Assembly (NCBI GenBank): GCA_050250895.1
Contig: JBFWNU010000001.1
Location: forward strand, 2,532,891 to 2,596,890
Source: Vulcanimicrobiota bacterium
GTDB lineage: Bacteria; Vulcanimicrobiota; Xenobia; Xenobiales; JADMJV01
Direction: 5' to 3'
DNA length: 64,000 nucleotides
The first letter of the stretch is position 1; each line of letters opens with the position of its first letter. The translations under genes and the position numbers were made by a program. The notes below the pieces were generated by a model. The model was given only the letters and a program-made list of their open reading frames with translations, was not told the DNA's origin and ran no database searches. Shown here in pieces: positions 48,871-59,293 of this stretch.

Positions 48871-51149
48871 TTGAGCAGGGCCTTCTGATGCGCGCGCAAG
48901 AGGTCGATAGACGGCTCGACGCCCAGTTCCTTGTGAAGCAGCTTCTTGCAGGCCTCGAACTGGCGGATGGCCTCTTCCGGAAAGTTCAAGTCGACGTTGG
49001 CCTCGACTACGTAAAGGTAGGCCTCCTGGCTGCAGGGGTCGAGTTCGAGGGCTCGCTGGGCATAGTCGAGGGCTTCGAGCGGCTGGCCCGACTGGTGGCC
49101 GTGGCGGGCCAGAGTGATGAGGGCATGCAAGAGCAACCTCTCGACGCGACTGCGCCGGTTGAGGGCCCAGTCCTCGTAATAGCCGTCGAGGTAGGGGCCT
49201 CGATAAAGCTCGGCCATGCGACGATAGGCCCGCAAGGCCGACTCGGGAGTGCCCTCGCGTTCGTAGCGGGTGGCCAGAGTCGAGGCCTTGTCCAGCTCGT
49301 CGAGATCGTGCCAGAAGGGCAGGTCCGGGTTGAATTGCAGGCCGGCCCGGGTGCGCACCAGATAGTTGAGCTCCTCCTTCCAACCGGTCGGACGCAAGTT
49401 GGCTCGCAAGTGAGAAAGGGTGGCCGACAGGTTGCGGCGGCCCCTTTCGAGGTCGTCGGGCCAGAAGGTCTCGAGCAGGATCTCTTCGGCCACCGGGCGG
49501 CCCGAGTGCGAGGCCAGAAAGGCCAGGAAATAGCGGACCTTGTTGCTCTTCCACTGGGTGTTTTCGATGCGCTCGTCGCCGCGAAAGACCTCGAGGGAGC
49601 CCAGCGAATAGACGCGCAGATAGGGCGGGGTGGCCGGTCCGCTCTGCTCGAGACTCTGGCGGGCAGCCTGACGGACCTCTTCGTCGGAATCAAGCGACAG
49701 GTGGCGCAGGGCCTCTTCAGGCCAGTGTCCACCCCAGGGGTTGAGCAGGCGGGCGGCCAGGCGCCGGCCGCGGGTCGAAATCTCGCCGGCCATGATCAAA
49801 CCGTGCAACTCGCGGGGAAACTCTCGCACCAGCAGCTTCAGGTTGTCGTCGTCGGCGGCGGCGTCGGCTTTGAGGTCGAGCAGAAGCGGCAGCAGCCAGC
49901 CCACCGAAGCCTCCAGCTGGCGCAGCTGAGCGGGCGTCACCAGCAGGCTGACGGCTCGGGCCATGGTCTCGGCCGGGACCTCATCGCCCAGCTGGGCTAG
50001 ATTGAGTTGGGCCCGGGCCTGCAGACTGTCGAGTCCGAGGTTGGCCGCCAACTGGCCGGCCCGACGAGCCAGCTCGACGGCCTCGGAGCGCTGGGCTCGA
50101 CCCAGAATCAGGCTGGCGTCGAGAGCGATCTCGCTCTCGGTCTGCGGTCCCAGCGCGGCCGAGCGCTCGACCGCCTGATGGGCTAGCTCGGCCGCCCGGT
50201 CGGGTTGGCGCCGGCTTAGTTCGAGGCGGGCTAGACCCAGTAAGCCTTCCACTGCCAGGCGTGGGCTCTCGCCCTCCGCCAGCTCTTGAAAGCTGTGGGC
50301 GGCGCTATCGAGTTCACCCGCTTGTTCCAGGGTGCGAGCCAGAGAGAACAGGCTTGGTCCCGTCTTGGGGGGCCGGCTGGCCGGCACCGCATCGTCGTCG
50401 TCAGCCCGCTCCAGAGCCTGAGCCACGGCCGGGCTGGCCCCTTCCCTGGCGTCGTTTAGCACCACCCAGGCGAGTTCCAACTCCGGGTCGCCCGGAGGCT
50501 CGCTCTGGCTCAGGCCTCGCACCCAATGGAGGATGGTGGGCGGCAGGCCTTCGAGCAAGAAAGGTGGCGTCTCGAGCCCGGCTTTCTGAACGGCGGCGAT
50601 CAGATAGGCCAGTCGCAATTGGTCCGAGGCCGCCGAGCCCAGCTTTTGAGCGGCGCGGCCCACCAGACGCCCCGACTCGGGCAAACTCGAGCCCTGGGTA
50701 ACCACCGTCTGGGCCAGCGACTCGATAGCCCAGGCGGCGGTGCGCTGAAGGGCCCGCTCGCGTTGCTGCACCTCGAGGGCATGCTGGCGCTTTTTGGCTT
50801 GCTTTTCGACGGCCTCGAGAAAGACCTTGATTTGAAAGGGCTTCTTGAGATAGTCGCCCACTCCCAGGCGAATGGCTCGGATGGAATCTTCTTCGGTGGA
50901 GTAACCGGTGATGACCAGGCTGCCAATGCCGGGGCGATGGCCCTGCACCCCTTCCACCGCGGCCAGACCGTCCATTCCTTCCATGCGCACATCGGCGATC
51001 ATGATGTCGAAGGGATCGGCCCGGGCTGCTTCGACAGCCGCCGCCCCCGACCCCACCGCGGTCACGGCGTAGCCGTTGAGACCCAGAGCTTCGGCCAGCA
51101 ATCCCCGCATCGTGTCATCGTCTTCAAGCAGCAGAATCCGAATCACCAT
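48864..51149 (-). CDS. Response regulator with TPR and SARP/BTAD output
   Basis: Receiver LLEDD/DVRM/KP; LRVYSLG winged helix; LYRGPYL, LELDP and ELGVEPS BTAD motifs. Confidence 0.9.
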   Translation of the reverse strand: MVIRILLLEDDDTMRGLLAEALGLNGYAVTAVGSGAAAVEAARADPFDIMIADVRMEGMDGLAAVEGVQGHRPGIGSLVITGYSTEEDSIRAIRLGVGDYLKKPFQIKVFLEAVEKQAKKRQHALEVQQRERALQRTAAWAIESLAQTVVTQGSSLPESGRLVGRAAQKLGSAASDQLRLAYLIAAVQKAGLETPPFLLEGLPPTILHWVRGLSQSEPPGDPELELAWVVLNDAREGASPAVAQALERADDDDAVPASRPPKTGPSLFSLARTLEQAGELDSAAHSFQELAEGESPRLAVEGLLGLARLELSRRQPDRAAELAHQAVERSAALGPQTESEIALDASLILGRAQRSEAVELARRAGQLAANLGLDSLQARAQLNLAQLGDEVPAETMARAVSLLVTPAQLRQLEASVGWLLPLLLDLKADAAADDDNLKLLVREFPRELHGLIMAGEISTRGRRLAARLLNPWGGHWPEEALRHLSLDSDEEVRQAARQSLEQSGPATPPYLRVYSLGSLEVFRGDERIENTQWKSNKVRYFLAFLASHSGRPVAEEILLETFWPDDLERGRRNLSATLSHLRANLRPTGWKEELNYLVRTRAGLQFNPDLPFWHDLDELDKASTLATRYEREGTPESALRAYRRMAELYRGPYLDGYYEDWALNRRSRVERLLLHALITLARHGHQSGQPLEALDYAQRALELDPCSQEAYLYVVEANVDLNFPEEAIRQFEACKKLLHKELGVEPSIDLLRAHQKALLKC

Positions 51150-51308
51150 TCGCGTTTTGACTTGGACGGCATGGCTTCCTGTTCAATGTTTACATTTGAT
51201 TTACAACTGGCCGGAGCGACACAACAGACTCACAGCCCGAGCCTCGTAGGATGAACTCAAGACGACCGGCACAACGGTCGGCCCCAAAACGGAAGGAGAA
51301 CAGAGGCA

Positions 51309-51626
51309 ATGGATGTTAAAGGAGTAGGTTTTGCGTTCGAGGCGAGCATGGGCATCGGTCAGGGTCAGGGACTCAAAGGGTTGGACGGTCCCAATCGCGC
51401 TCCCGAGGGTCACGGCCCCTGCAAGAGCCACCACGGTAAGGGCAATCAGAAGGGGGGCGGCGCCGACAAGATTCTCAAAGCCGTAGCCAAGTTGCTGCAG
51501 GCCGTGGCCGGAGGGGCCGGCGGCGAGGGTGGCGGCAAAGGCTGCGGTTGCAGCGGCGGGCAACTCGGTGGAGCCCCGGGACTGGCCGGTGGAGGCATCG
51601 GGCGGGCCAACCCGTTCCTGGGTTAA
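51309..51626 (+). CDS. Small Gly-rich hypothetical protein
   Basis: SD upstream; followed by an intrinsic terminator. Confidence 0.6.
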   Translation: MDVKGVGFAFEASMGIGQGQGLKGLDGPNRAPEGHGPCKSHHGKGNQKGGGADKILKAVAKLLQAVAGGAGGEGGGKGCGCSGGQLGGAPGLAGGGIGRANPFLG

Positions 51627-51634
51627 GCACAGTT

Positions 51635-51665
51635 GGGGCGGGAGAGACTCTCTCCCGCCCTTTTT
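51635..51665 (+). terminator. Intrinsic terminator
   Basis: GGGCGGGAGAG-ACT-CTCTCCCGCCC followed by TTTTT. Confidence 0.85.
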
Positions 51666-51684
51666 GAGCGGTTAGGAGGGACCG

Positions 51685-52521
51685 ATGGCGACCATGATTC
51701 AGGCCCTTTATGCGGCCTATGGCGGCGAGGAGCACGACGTTCCCCAGGGCAGCTTGCCGCGTTTGTTGGCGCTGGTTGAAGACTGGCTCGAGGGCAAAGG
51801 CGAACGGGAGGAGTTGCTGGGTGCGCTGCAGACTCAACAGGCCGAGCTCGTGCGAGCGGCCCGCCAGACGGTCGTTCAGCCACACCTCGACCCGGGTCTG
51901 GCCGAACTCTTGGGTTTTCAGAAGGAAGTCTTTGAAGAATTGGCCTCCAGCGTCGAGGACTTGCGCTCGGCCGTGGTCTGTCTGGACCCGGCTCTGATCG
52001 AGAGCCAGGCCGCCCGCTTAGAAGACGGGGTGGCCGCCCTGCGAGAGGTGACTGACGAGCTTCACCAGTGGCAAAACACGGGCCAGGTTCGTTGTCTTCG
52101 TTGCGGTCGCGAGGGTTTGGTGTGTCCCCACTGCGGTCTGATGGGATTGGTGGCTGATCTCGAGTGGGAAGGCCGCGAGCATGAGACCGGCCAGCTGGGT
52201 CGGGTAGGAGGCCACCTCTATCGTACGTTTCAGGCGGTGTTAGAAGGAAAGTCTTGCCTCACCAGGTTGCTGCATCAGTTGCAGAGCCTGGAGCCCGAGC
52301 TGGCTCAGGTCGCCCAGCTGGCCACCGAGTGGTGCGGGCAAGAGGCTCTGGCCGACGAGATTCTGGCCGATTTGGTGGCAGTGGAGGACGGCCTGGCGCG
52401 GATGGCGGCCTGCGCCCAGACTCGTCGCTTGACGGATCTGGCGATCGGTTGGGAACTGTTCTTTCGGGCCTGGCGAGACCTGCAGGCGCGCTTGTATCCG
52501 AGCCTGGCCCTGGCCAGTTAG
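51685..52521 (+). CDS. Helical protein with central zinc ribbon
   Basis: AGGAGG SD; CLRC...CPHC. Confidence 0.75.
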   Translation: MATMIQALYAAYGGEEHDVPQGSLPRLLALVEDWLEGKGEREELLGALQTQQAELVRAARQTVVQPHLDPGLAELLGFQKEVFEELASSVEDLRSAVVCLDPALIESQAARLEDGVAALREVTDELHQWQNTGQVRCLRCGREGLVCPHCGLMGLVADLEWEGREHETGQLGRVGGHLYRTFQAVLEGKSCLTRLLHQLQSLEPELAQVAQLATEWCGQEALADEILADLVAVEDGLARMAACAQTRRLTDLAIGWELFFRAWRDLQARLYPSLALAS

Positions 52522-53555
52522 AAGTTGCTCAACAGCTGAGCGGTGGGCAACACCGCCGCCAGGAAGAGAAAGGCCGTCAGACTACCCAGGACCGTCATCA
52601 TCAGGGGCTCGATCAGAGCTGTGGCCGTGGCCAGAGCCAGGTCGAGCTCCATTTCGTAAAGGGCGCAGGTGGTTCGGCTCATGGCCGCCAGGGTGGCTGT
52701 CTCTTCGCCGGCTTTGAGTAGCCCGGCCGGAATGCCGCCCAGCAGTTCGCATTCGACGATGGCCTCGCCCAGCCGCTCCCCGCCTTCGACCCGTTTGCGG
52801 GTGGCCATCAGTTGGGCGGCCACCACCCGATTACCGGACGCCCGCGCGGCCAGTTCTAGCGAGCTGAGCACATCGACTCCGGCCGACAGGCAACAGCCCA
52901 GCACGTAGAAGACTCTCACGGCCACGGTCTTGCGGGTGACGATAGACAGGCCCGGGGTCGAGAGCAAAAAGCGATCCCAGACCAGGCGCACGGCCGGACT
53001 GACCAGCCACTCTTGCAGGTAGGGGCCACAGCTCAACAGGAAGACCGGAATGGCCACCAGTTGGACCAGAAACAGTGGATGGCGTAGGATTTCTCCGACC
53101 CAGACCAGCAGACGCGTGGCCAGGGGCAACTGCAGGCGCAGCGACACGAACAGCTCGTTGAGGGCCGGCATGACGAAGGTCACGAAGGTCAGGGTGGTGA
53201 GCAAGAACGAGGCTACCAGGATGGCCGGATACACCATGGCCGAGGACAGCTTGCGGGCCAGCTCGGCCTGGCGTTCTTCGAGCTGGGCCAGGCGTTCGAT
53301 CATGCCCACCAGGGTGCCCGAGCGTTCACCGATCTCGAGCAGGGCGGTATAGGTGTCGGGAAAGACCTGGGGGAGCTCGCGCATGGCCCGCGACAGAGGC
53401 TGGCCCTGGCGCACGCGCAACGCAAGCAGGTCGCTGGCCTCGGTGAGTTTGGGACTCGACTGGCCGGCCAGGCTCAGCGCGTCTAACAGCGGAACACCGG
53501 TCCGCAGCATAAACGACAGCTGGCCACTAAAGACCGCCAGACCCCTCCGATCCAT
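52518..53555 (-). CDS. Second GspF/PilC-family protein
   Basis: GVPLLDAL, GERSGTL, AMVYP, AGEET and IEP. Confidence 0.9.
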   Translation of the reverse strand: MDRRGLAVFSGQLSFMLRTGVPLLDALSLAGQSSPKLTEASDLLALRVRQGQPLSRAMRELPQVFPDTYTALLEIGERSGTLVGMIERLAQLEERQAELARKLSSAMVYPAILVASFLLTTLTFVTFVMPALNELFVSLRLQLPLATRLLVWVGEILRHPLFLVQLVAIPVFLLSCGPYLQEWLVSPAVRLVWDRFLLSTPGLSIVTRKTVAVRVFYVLGCCLSAGVDVLSSLELAARASGNRVVAAQLMATRKRVEGGERLGEAIVECELLGGIPAGLLKAGEETATLAAMSRTTCALYEMELDLALATATALIEPLMMTVLGSLTAFLFLAAVLPTAQLLSNF

Positions 53556-53631
53556 CTTGTATGGTTACCGATTCGAGGGGGCTCCCCCTGCCGGTCGAGG
53601 AGTAGCCGACCAGTCGCGAGAAGGAGCCGTC

Positions 53632-56043
53632 TTGCAGACCTCGACCTCGTCACGATTGTTGCCGCTGGCCCTTTTGGCCTGTGCTGGTGGGTTGCTGGGC
53701 CTGGCCAGCGCCAACCCCCAGCCGGAACCGGCCTTGCTGGCTTTGTTGGCCGTGGGATGCCTGGCTCTGGAGGCGGCCGCTGCCAGCCTCGGCAATCTCG
53801 GTTTCGTGAGCGGGGCGGGAGCCTGCTATCTGGCCGCCGCTTTGAGCCCCCAGGTGGGGTATGGCTGGGCTTTGCTGCTCAGTCTGGGCGCTCTGGGTTT
53901 GCGCACCCTGCTGCGCGGGCAGGGACAGGGTAGCTGGCGGGTGATGGAGGGGCTGGTCGATTTGGTGCCGGTGACCCTGGCCTGTCTGGTTGGTTTGGGG
54001 CTGGGTTGGCTCTGGGCCAGTCCTCCAGCCTGGGCCGTGGCCCTGATTGTGCTCGAGGTCTATCTGCCCGCTGCCCTGGGTTTGCCCGGCTTGCTGGCCG
54101 CCGGACTGCCGCTAGAAGAGCGACCTTATTGGGCTCGCTGCCGGCGGGCGGTCACCCCGTTGGTGGTGGCCTCCGCCTTTCTAGGAGTGGCCGGGGCCAA
54201 GCTTTCCGGTCTGGGGCCCTGGCAGGTGCTCTGGATTGCTCCCGTGGCCGTCGCCCTGGCCACCCAGGTGGCCCGCAGCCTCGACGAGGTCGAACTGGCC
54301 GACCGCCAGACCCTGGCCGCCGAACTCGAATCGGTTCGTCGGGGCAAGGCCCGTGAGCAGGCTCAGGGCGACCGTTTGCGGCGCGAACTGCAGTCGAAGG
54401 TCGACGAGTATCTGGTGGTCGAGGAGTTATCGCTGGAACTGGCCGGCAGCCACACTGTCGACGAGTGCCTGGCGGTAGTGCTCGAGAAGCTGGCTCACAC
54501 GGTGGACTGCCAGAGCCTGGCTATCTTCGTTCCCGAGGACGAGCAGCTCGTGCCTTTGCGCTTTCGCAGCCCTTTTCAGACCCAATTGGCCGAGGCGCGC
54601 CTGCTGCGCAGCCGCGAGCCGCTGGTGGAGCAGTGCCAGCAAAGCGGTCGCCTCGAGACGCTGGGCCTGCCTGAACCAGCCGAGCGCCTCTTTCCTGGCG
54701 AGACGGTAGCGGTGGCCTTGCCCATCGAGGGTTTCGGCGTACTCTATGCCGGTCGTCGAGGCGATCCTTTCGGCTCCGAGCAACTCCGGCTGCTGGTCAT
54801 CGCCGCCACCCAGACCTCGGTGGCCGTTCGCTCGGCCTCGCGCCTGGAGTCTCAGCAACAGGCCTTGGATCTGCTCGAGCAGGCCAATGCCCGACTGGAG
54901 GAATGGAGCGGCGGATTGGCCCGTCTCATCGAGGGCACCCGGCTGGCGGCGGTGGCGCTAGACCCGGACGCTTTGCTTGAACTGTTGCCCCAAGAAATCG
55001 CCAAGCTCGCCCCTCACCACAGTCTGGTGGTGCTCACCCGCGACCGACGAGGGGCCGAGTACGAGCATCTCAGCGAGTTGATCCAGGCCGTAGGCGAGGG
55101 GGGTCGGCCGCTGCGCTTCGACGATCTCGAAGGGGCTCGTTTCGCCCCCATCAGCCAGGGGGAACGCAGCCTGTTGGCCATCCCTTTTGACGAAAGCGGG
55201 ATGTGGTTGCTGGGCCATCGCCAGGTGGGGGCCTTCGGTCAGGATCAGCAAGACCTGCTGGTGCTGCTGTCCTACCAGGCCGGAGCGGCCCTGCAGACGG
55301 CCCGTGCCCACAAGGAAACCACCGAGGCTTATCGGCTCTTGCAAGAGTCCAAGGCCCAGCTGTTTCAGTCGTCCAAGATGGCCGCCGTGGGCCAGCTGGC
55401 GGCCGGCGTGGCGCACGAACTCAACACCCCCCTGGGTAGCACCATCCTGGCCATCGAGGCGGCCGAGATGTTCATGGAGATGAGCCCGGATTCGGCCCGC
55501 GACAAGCTCTCCATTGCCTTGCGCGAAGCGCTGCGAGCCAAGGAGATCATCCACAAGATGCTTTACTATTCTCGCGATGCTCGTTACGGAAGACGCAGCG
55601 TCGACCTGGGCAAGGTCATCGCCGACACCCTCGGGCTCAACCAGCATCAGTTTTCCCTTGACGGCATCGAACTCGCCTCCGAACTGCAAGACGTGCCCAC
55701 CATCCATTGCAACGAAAACGAGATCCAGCAGGTCTTGCTCAACTTGCTGCTCAACGCTCGCGACGCTGTGGTCGGGCGCCCCGGAGCCCGGGTGGTGCTG
55801 GCCACCCGCCAGCAGGGCGACCGGGCTATCCTCGAGGTGCGTGACAACGGTCCCGGCATTGGCGAAGAGGAGGCCGAGCGTATCTTCGAGCCGTTTTTCA
55901 CCACCAAGCCGGTGGGCCGAGGCACCGGCCTGGGCCTGTCGGTGAGTCGTCAGATTGTCGAGAGTCACCAGGGCGAGCTGGTGTTGGCCGAAACCTCGCC
56001 GACGGGCAGCACCTTTCGAGTCAGTCTGCCCCTCAACGATTAA
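53632..56043 (+). CDS. Membrane GAF-GAF sensor histidine kinase
   Basis: AAGGAG + TTG start; TM region; [24 protein letters not shown] and FFTTK..G.GTGLGL. Confidence 0.92.
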   Translation: MQTSTSSRLLPLALLACAGGLLGLASANPQPEPALLALLAVGCLALEAAAASLGNLGFVSGAGACYLAAALSPQVGYGWALLLSLGALGLRTLLRGQGQGSWRVMEGLVDLVPVTLACLVGLGLGWLWASPPAWAVALIVLEVYLPAALGLPGLLAAGLPLEERPYWARCRRAVTPLVVASAFLGVAGAKLSGLGPWQVLWIAPVAVALATQVARSLDEVELADRQTLAAELESVRRGKAREQAQGDRLRRELQSKVDEYLVVEELSLELAGSHTVDECLAVVLEKLAHTVDCQSLAIFVPEDEQLVPLRFRSPFQTQLAEARLLRSREPLVEQCQQSGRLETLGLPEPAERLFPGETVAVALPIEGFGVLYAGRRGDPFGSEQLRLLVIAATQTSVAVRSASRLESQQQALDLLEQANARLEEWSGGLARLIEGTRLAAVALDPDALLELLPQEIAKLAPHHSLVVLTRDRRGAEYEHLSELIQAVGEGGRPLRFDDLEGARFAPISQGERSLLAIPFDESGMWLLGHRQVGAFGQDQQDLLVLLSYQAGAALQTARAHKETTEAYRLLQESKAQLFQSSKMAAVGQLAAGVAHELNTPLGSTILAIEAAEMFMEMSPDSARDKLSIALREALRAKEIIHKMLYYSRDARYGRRSVDLGKVIADTLGLNQHQFSLDGIELASELQDVPTIHCNENEIQQVLLNLLLNARDAVVGRPGARVVLATRQQGDRAILEVRDNGPGIGEEEAERIFEPFFTTKPVGRGTGLGLSVSRQIVESHQGELVLAETSPTGSTFRVSLPLND

Positions 56044-56109
56044 CATCCGAGGGCCGCTCCACAACACCTTCACAACGGCTCTACTCTAGGCTAAGGGTGG
56101 AGGTATCGT

Positions 56110-57027
56110 ATGCGACCCATCAGCCATTTTCTTCACCGAGCCCACCGATCTCATCGTCATTCCAGCCGGCTCTCTCACCTGTTGGGCGGCTTTCGCGGCC
56201 TGCTGAGCCGCTGGCGCGGCCAGCAGCAGCCCACCCATCCTCTGTCGGCGGGCCAGCCTCGCTTTGGTCAATCCCGCCAGCCCCAGACCCGGCAGCCCCT
56301 GAACGATTTTCTGGGCGGCCAGACCGAGCCCTCACGGCCCAGTGGGCAGACCCGCGAGCAGGCCTTTCGCCAAAACATCGTCAAGGCGGCCGAACAGGCC
56401 GGGGACGGTTGGGCTTTCACACCCAGTCCCACCCCCCAGTTGCGCGATGACCGCGGCCGCTTGGTGGAGGGCAATGACTATTGGGAGTTGGCTCGCCAGG
56501 ACGACCATCAGGTGCTCAAGCTGCGCCAGGGCGCCGACGCCAGTCAGGCCGTCGACGATCTCTTCGAAAACAAGCAGCGTTACGCCCTCGACTGCGCCAC
56601 GGCCATCCGGGCGCTCGGTCTCAAAGCCGAGCTCGACACGGTCGGTCGAGACGACTTTTCGAACGCTCATCAAGACCTGAGCCTGTACGGCCATTATGAC
56701 AGCTTTGACCACAGCTTCGACAGCGGCGCCTGGGACATCACCGCCGGGCCCAGGATAGACTACGGGGCAGGCCCCGAGTTTGGTCGCTTCGACTCGAGCA
56801 ACGACCAGCTGGTGGCCGGCGATCTTCGTTACTTCGAGCACCCTGGCGATACCACCACGGCCAACCAGGGATGGAACGCCCTCTACCTTGGCCAGGACGA
56901 AAACGGTCAGGACCGTTTCTGGCGCACCGCCGGGGGAGCCTTCACCGGCGGCCTCGAGGGTCATTATCTTTCCAATCTGCGAGGGGTGCCCGATGGCGAT
57001 CAGTTGGCGGCCGTCGACCGGACCTGA
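56110..57027 (+). CDS. Tgl-like (spore-coat transglutaminase family) protein, divergent
   Basis: YALDCATA, GDLRYFEHP and QGWNALYLG parallel the Tgl motifs YAFECATA, GD..YF.NP and GEN...LG. Confidence 0.65.
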   Translation: MRPISHFLHRAHRSHRHSSRLSHLLGGFRGLLSRWRGQQQPTHPLSAGQPRFGQSRQPQTRQPLNDFLGGQTEPSRPSGQTREQAFRQNIVKAAEQAGDGWAFTPSPTPQLRDDRGRLVEGNDYWELARQDDHQVLKLRQGADASQAVDDLFENKQRYALDCATAIRALGLKAELDTVGRDDFSNAHQDLSLYGHYDSFDHSFDSGAWDITAGPRIDYGAGPEFGRFDSSNDQLVAGDLRYFEHPGDTTTANQGWNALYLGQDENGQDRFWRTAGGAFTGGLEGHYLSNLRGVPDGDQLAAVDRT

Positions 57028-57039
57028 TATACTTTCCGA

Positions 57040-57423
57040 ATGAGGTGTCGGGGGTATAACCTGCTGGAGTTGGTGGTGGCTATCTCCATCATGGGCACGC
57101 TCATCGCCTTCATTGCACCGGTTTGGCCAGCCTCCAAGCGCACGGTGCTGCTCTCGGGTGACGCGGCCGCCGCCTGGCAGGTGGCCTCGAGCGAACTCGA
57201 AGCCACCCTGGCTCAGGGCTACGACGCCATGGCCGACCGTGACGGCGACGCCACCCGCTCGATGGTGGCGGCCGGGATCGAACGTTCCATCACCTATCTC
57301 TACGAGGTGCGCATCACCGACCTGCCGCCCGACATGCGGCGAGCCCACGTGACCGTCGTCTGGAACGACGGTCGCGACAATCACGAGGTCCAAGTTGAGA
57401 CAACCCTCACCGACCCCAACTAG
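57040..57423 (+). CDS. Prepilin-type protein
   Basis: RGYNLLELVVAI. Confidence 0.82.
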   Translation: MRCRGYNLLELVVAISIMGTLIAFIAPVWPASKRTVLLSGDAAAAWQVASSELEATLAQGYDAMADRDGDATRSMVAAGIERSITYLYEVRITDLPPDMRRAHVTVVWNDGRDNHEVQVETTLTDPN

Positions 57424-57997
57424 AGGCACCACCCTGGTCGAGGTGATGATCGCTTCGGCCTTGTTGCTATTGGTGATGGTCGGGCTGACCACCGTGTTCG
57501 TGGGGGCCTATCGCTATCAGCGGGCCACCACCTATCTCACCGAGGTGCAGAGCCAGAGCCTGTTGGCCACCTCTGCCGTTACCCGAGAACTGGCCGAAAG
57601 CAGCGCCGGCAGCGTCCGCATCGATTCGGCTCCGATGGGCATCGTGTTCGGTTCTCCGCGCGGGGTCGACGGCGCCCTGCTGCGCGATGCCGAAGGCAAC
57701 CCGCTGTGGCGCAAGCTAATCTGTTTTTACCTCGATACCATGAACGGCATCCCGGTGCTGGTGCGCAAGGAAGAGCTGCTGGCCAGCCCCGATACCAATC
57801 CGCCGGTGGTGCTACCCACCCAGGGCACGGCCTACTTCCAGGGTCTAGATGTTCCCCGCGAAGTGGTGGCCCGGCATGTCACCGGGTTCACCGTCTCAGG
57901 CACCAACCCCGTGGCTCTCGAGTTTGAGGTCAGTCGCTCGGACGGCCCTCGCCTCTTTGCCATCACCAATCAAATGCGGGTGCTGTTGCGAAATTGA
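57395..57997 (+). CDS. Prepilin-type protein
   Basis: RGTTLVEVMIA. Confidence 0.82.
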   Translation: MRQPSPTPTRGTTLVEVMIASALLLLVMVGLTTVFVGAYRYQRATTYLTEVQSQSLLATSAVTRELAESSAGSVRIDSAPMGIVFGSPRGVDGALLRDAEGNPLWRKLICFYLDTMNGIPVLVRKEELLASPDTNPPVVLPTQGTAYFQGLDVPREVVARHVTGFTVSGTNPVALEFEVSRSDGPRLFAITNQMRVLLRN

Positions 57998-59211
57998 GCA
58001 GACGACGACAGATACAAGGCATCGGCCTGGCCATGGTCTTGATGGTGGGGCTGGTGTTGGCCATCCTGGCCGGCAGCACCCACGCCCAGGCCCTTTTCGG
58101 CTTGCGCCAGACCAATCGCTACGGAGCCAACCTCGAGGCGCGCTACGCCGCCCAGGCCGGCTTTCAAGTCGCCCTGAGCGAACTCAAACGCGACGAGAAT
58201 TTCGCCGGTCCGGTGGATGGCTCGGCCAGCTACGACCCTCGCCTGACCTATCACGTCGAGGTGCTCAACAATGCCACCGGAGTCAATCCCCTTCCGGCTC
58301 CCGACGGGAGTTTCGTGCCCCCGGGAGCGGTCGCCCTGACGGCCACGGCCGGACGCTCTCCCCAGCTGATCGTGATGAGCGCCCTGGTGACTCGGGAGGG
58401 CAGTGCCCCTCCCTTCCAGGCGGTTTTCGCCTCGAGCGGCATCGATATGTCCATGTCTAGCACCATTCGTCCCTGGGGCTCGGTGGCCGCTCCCATCCAG
58501 ATCGGCACCAACGTGGTCGGGGGCGGCGACATCGAACTGTCCATGAACTCCGAGATTCAGGGCGACGTCTTGTTGGGGCCGGGCGGCGACCCGGCCACCG
58601 CCGTCGATCTGGCCATGGGCTCGAGCATCAGCGGCAGCATCACCGCCGCAACCACGGCCACGGTGCTGGCCCCTCAGGCCCCGCCGCCGGTGACGCCTCC
58701 GCTTGCCTCGGTCGATGTCTCCATGGCCGACAAGCTCGCCATCCCGCCGGGAGCCTACAGCAGCATCGACGTTTCGACCGGCTCGCAACTGACGCTCAGC
58801 AGCGGCGTCTATTATGTCGACCACGACTTCGAACTTTCGTTGGGTACCTCGCTAAAGTGCGACATCACGGCCGGTCCGGTCGAACTGTATATCGGCGGCG
58901 ATTTCGACGCGGCCAGCAACTCGCAGATCAATGTGGCCGGCCCGCCCGACAATCTGCGGGTCTATCTGCTGGGCTCGAGCCCCGAGGTCGAGTTGAGTTC
59001 GAACTCGACCGCCCATATGGTTGTGTATGGGCCCGGCGCATCCCTTGATATGTCCACCAACTCGACGCTCATCGGGGCTTTCGTCGGTGACCGCATCGAG
59101 ATGAGCATGAATTCCAGGCTACTCTTTGATACCAGCCTGGCCGGCTCGACCCCGGCTACGCCCGGAAACGGGCGCTGGATCCTCTCCAGCCAAAAGGTTC
59201 TCTCGCAATAG
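57994..59211 (+). CDS. PilX-like protein with C-terminal beta-helix-like region
   Basis: QGIGLAMVL, ARYAAQAG, and repeated (D/E)(M/L)S.NS strands. Confidence 0.75.
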   Translation: MSRRRQIQGIGLAMVLMVGLVLAILAGSTHAQALFGLRQTNRYGANLEARYAAQAGFQVALSELKRDENFAGPVDGSASYDPRLTYHVEVLNNATGVNPLPAPDGSFVPPGAVALTATAGRSPQLIVMSALVTREGSAPPFQAVFASSGIDMSMSSTIRPWGSVAAPIQIGTNVVGGGDIELSMNSEIQGDVLLGPGGDPATAVDLAMGSSISGSITAATTATVLAPQAPPPVTPPLASVDVSMADKLAIPPGAYSSIDVSTGSQLTLSSGVYYVDHDFELSLGTSLKCDITAGPVELYIGGDFDAASNSQINVAGPPDNLRVYLLGSSPEVELSSNSTAHMVVYGPGASLDMSTNSTLIGAFVGDRIEMSMNSRLLFDTSLAGSTPATPGNGRWILSSQKVLSQ

Positions 59212-59293
59212 TGTTAACATGGCCGGGCGGGACCACAACAGGTCCACAGCCCTGACCTCCTACAATCGGATCAAAGCTATCCAGGAGGTCAGA

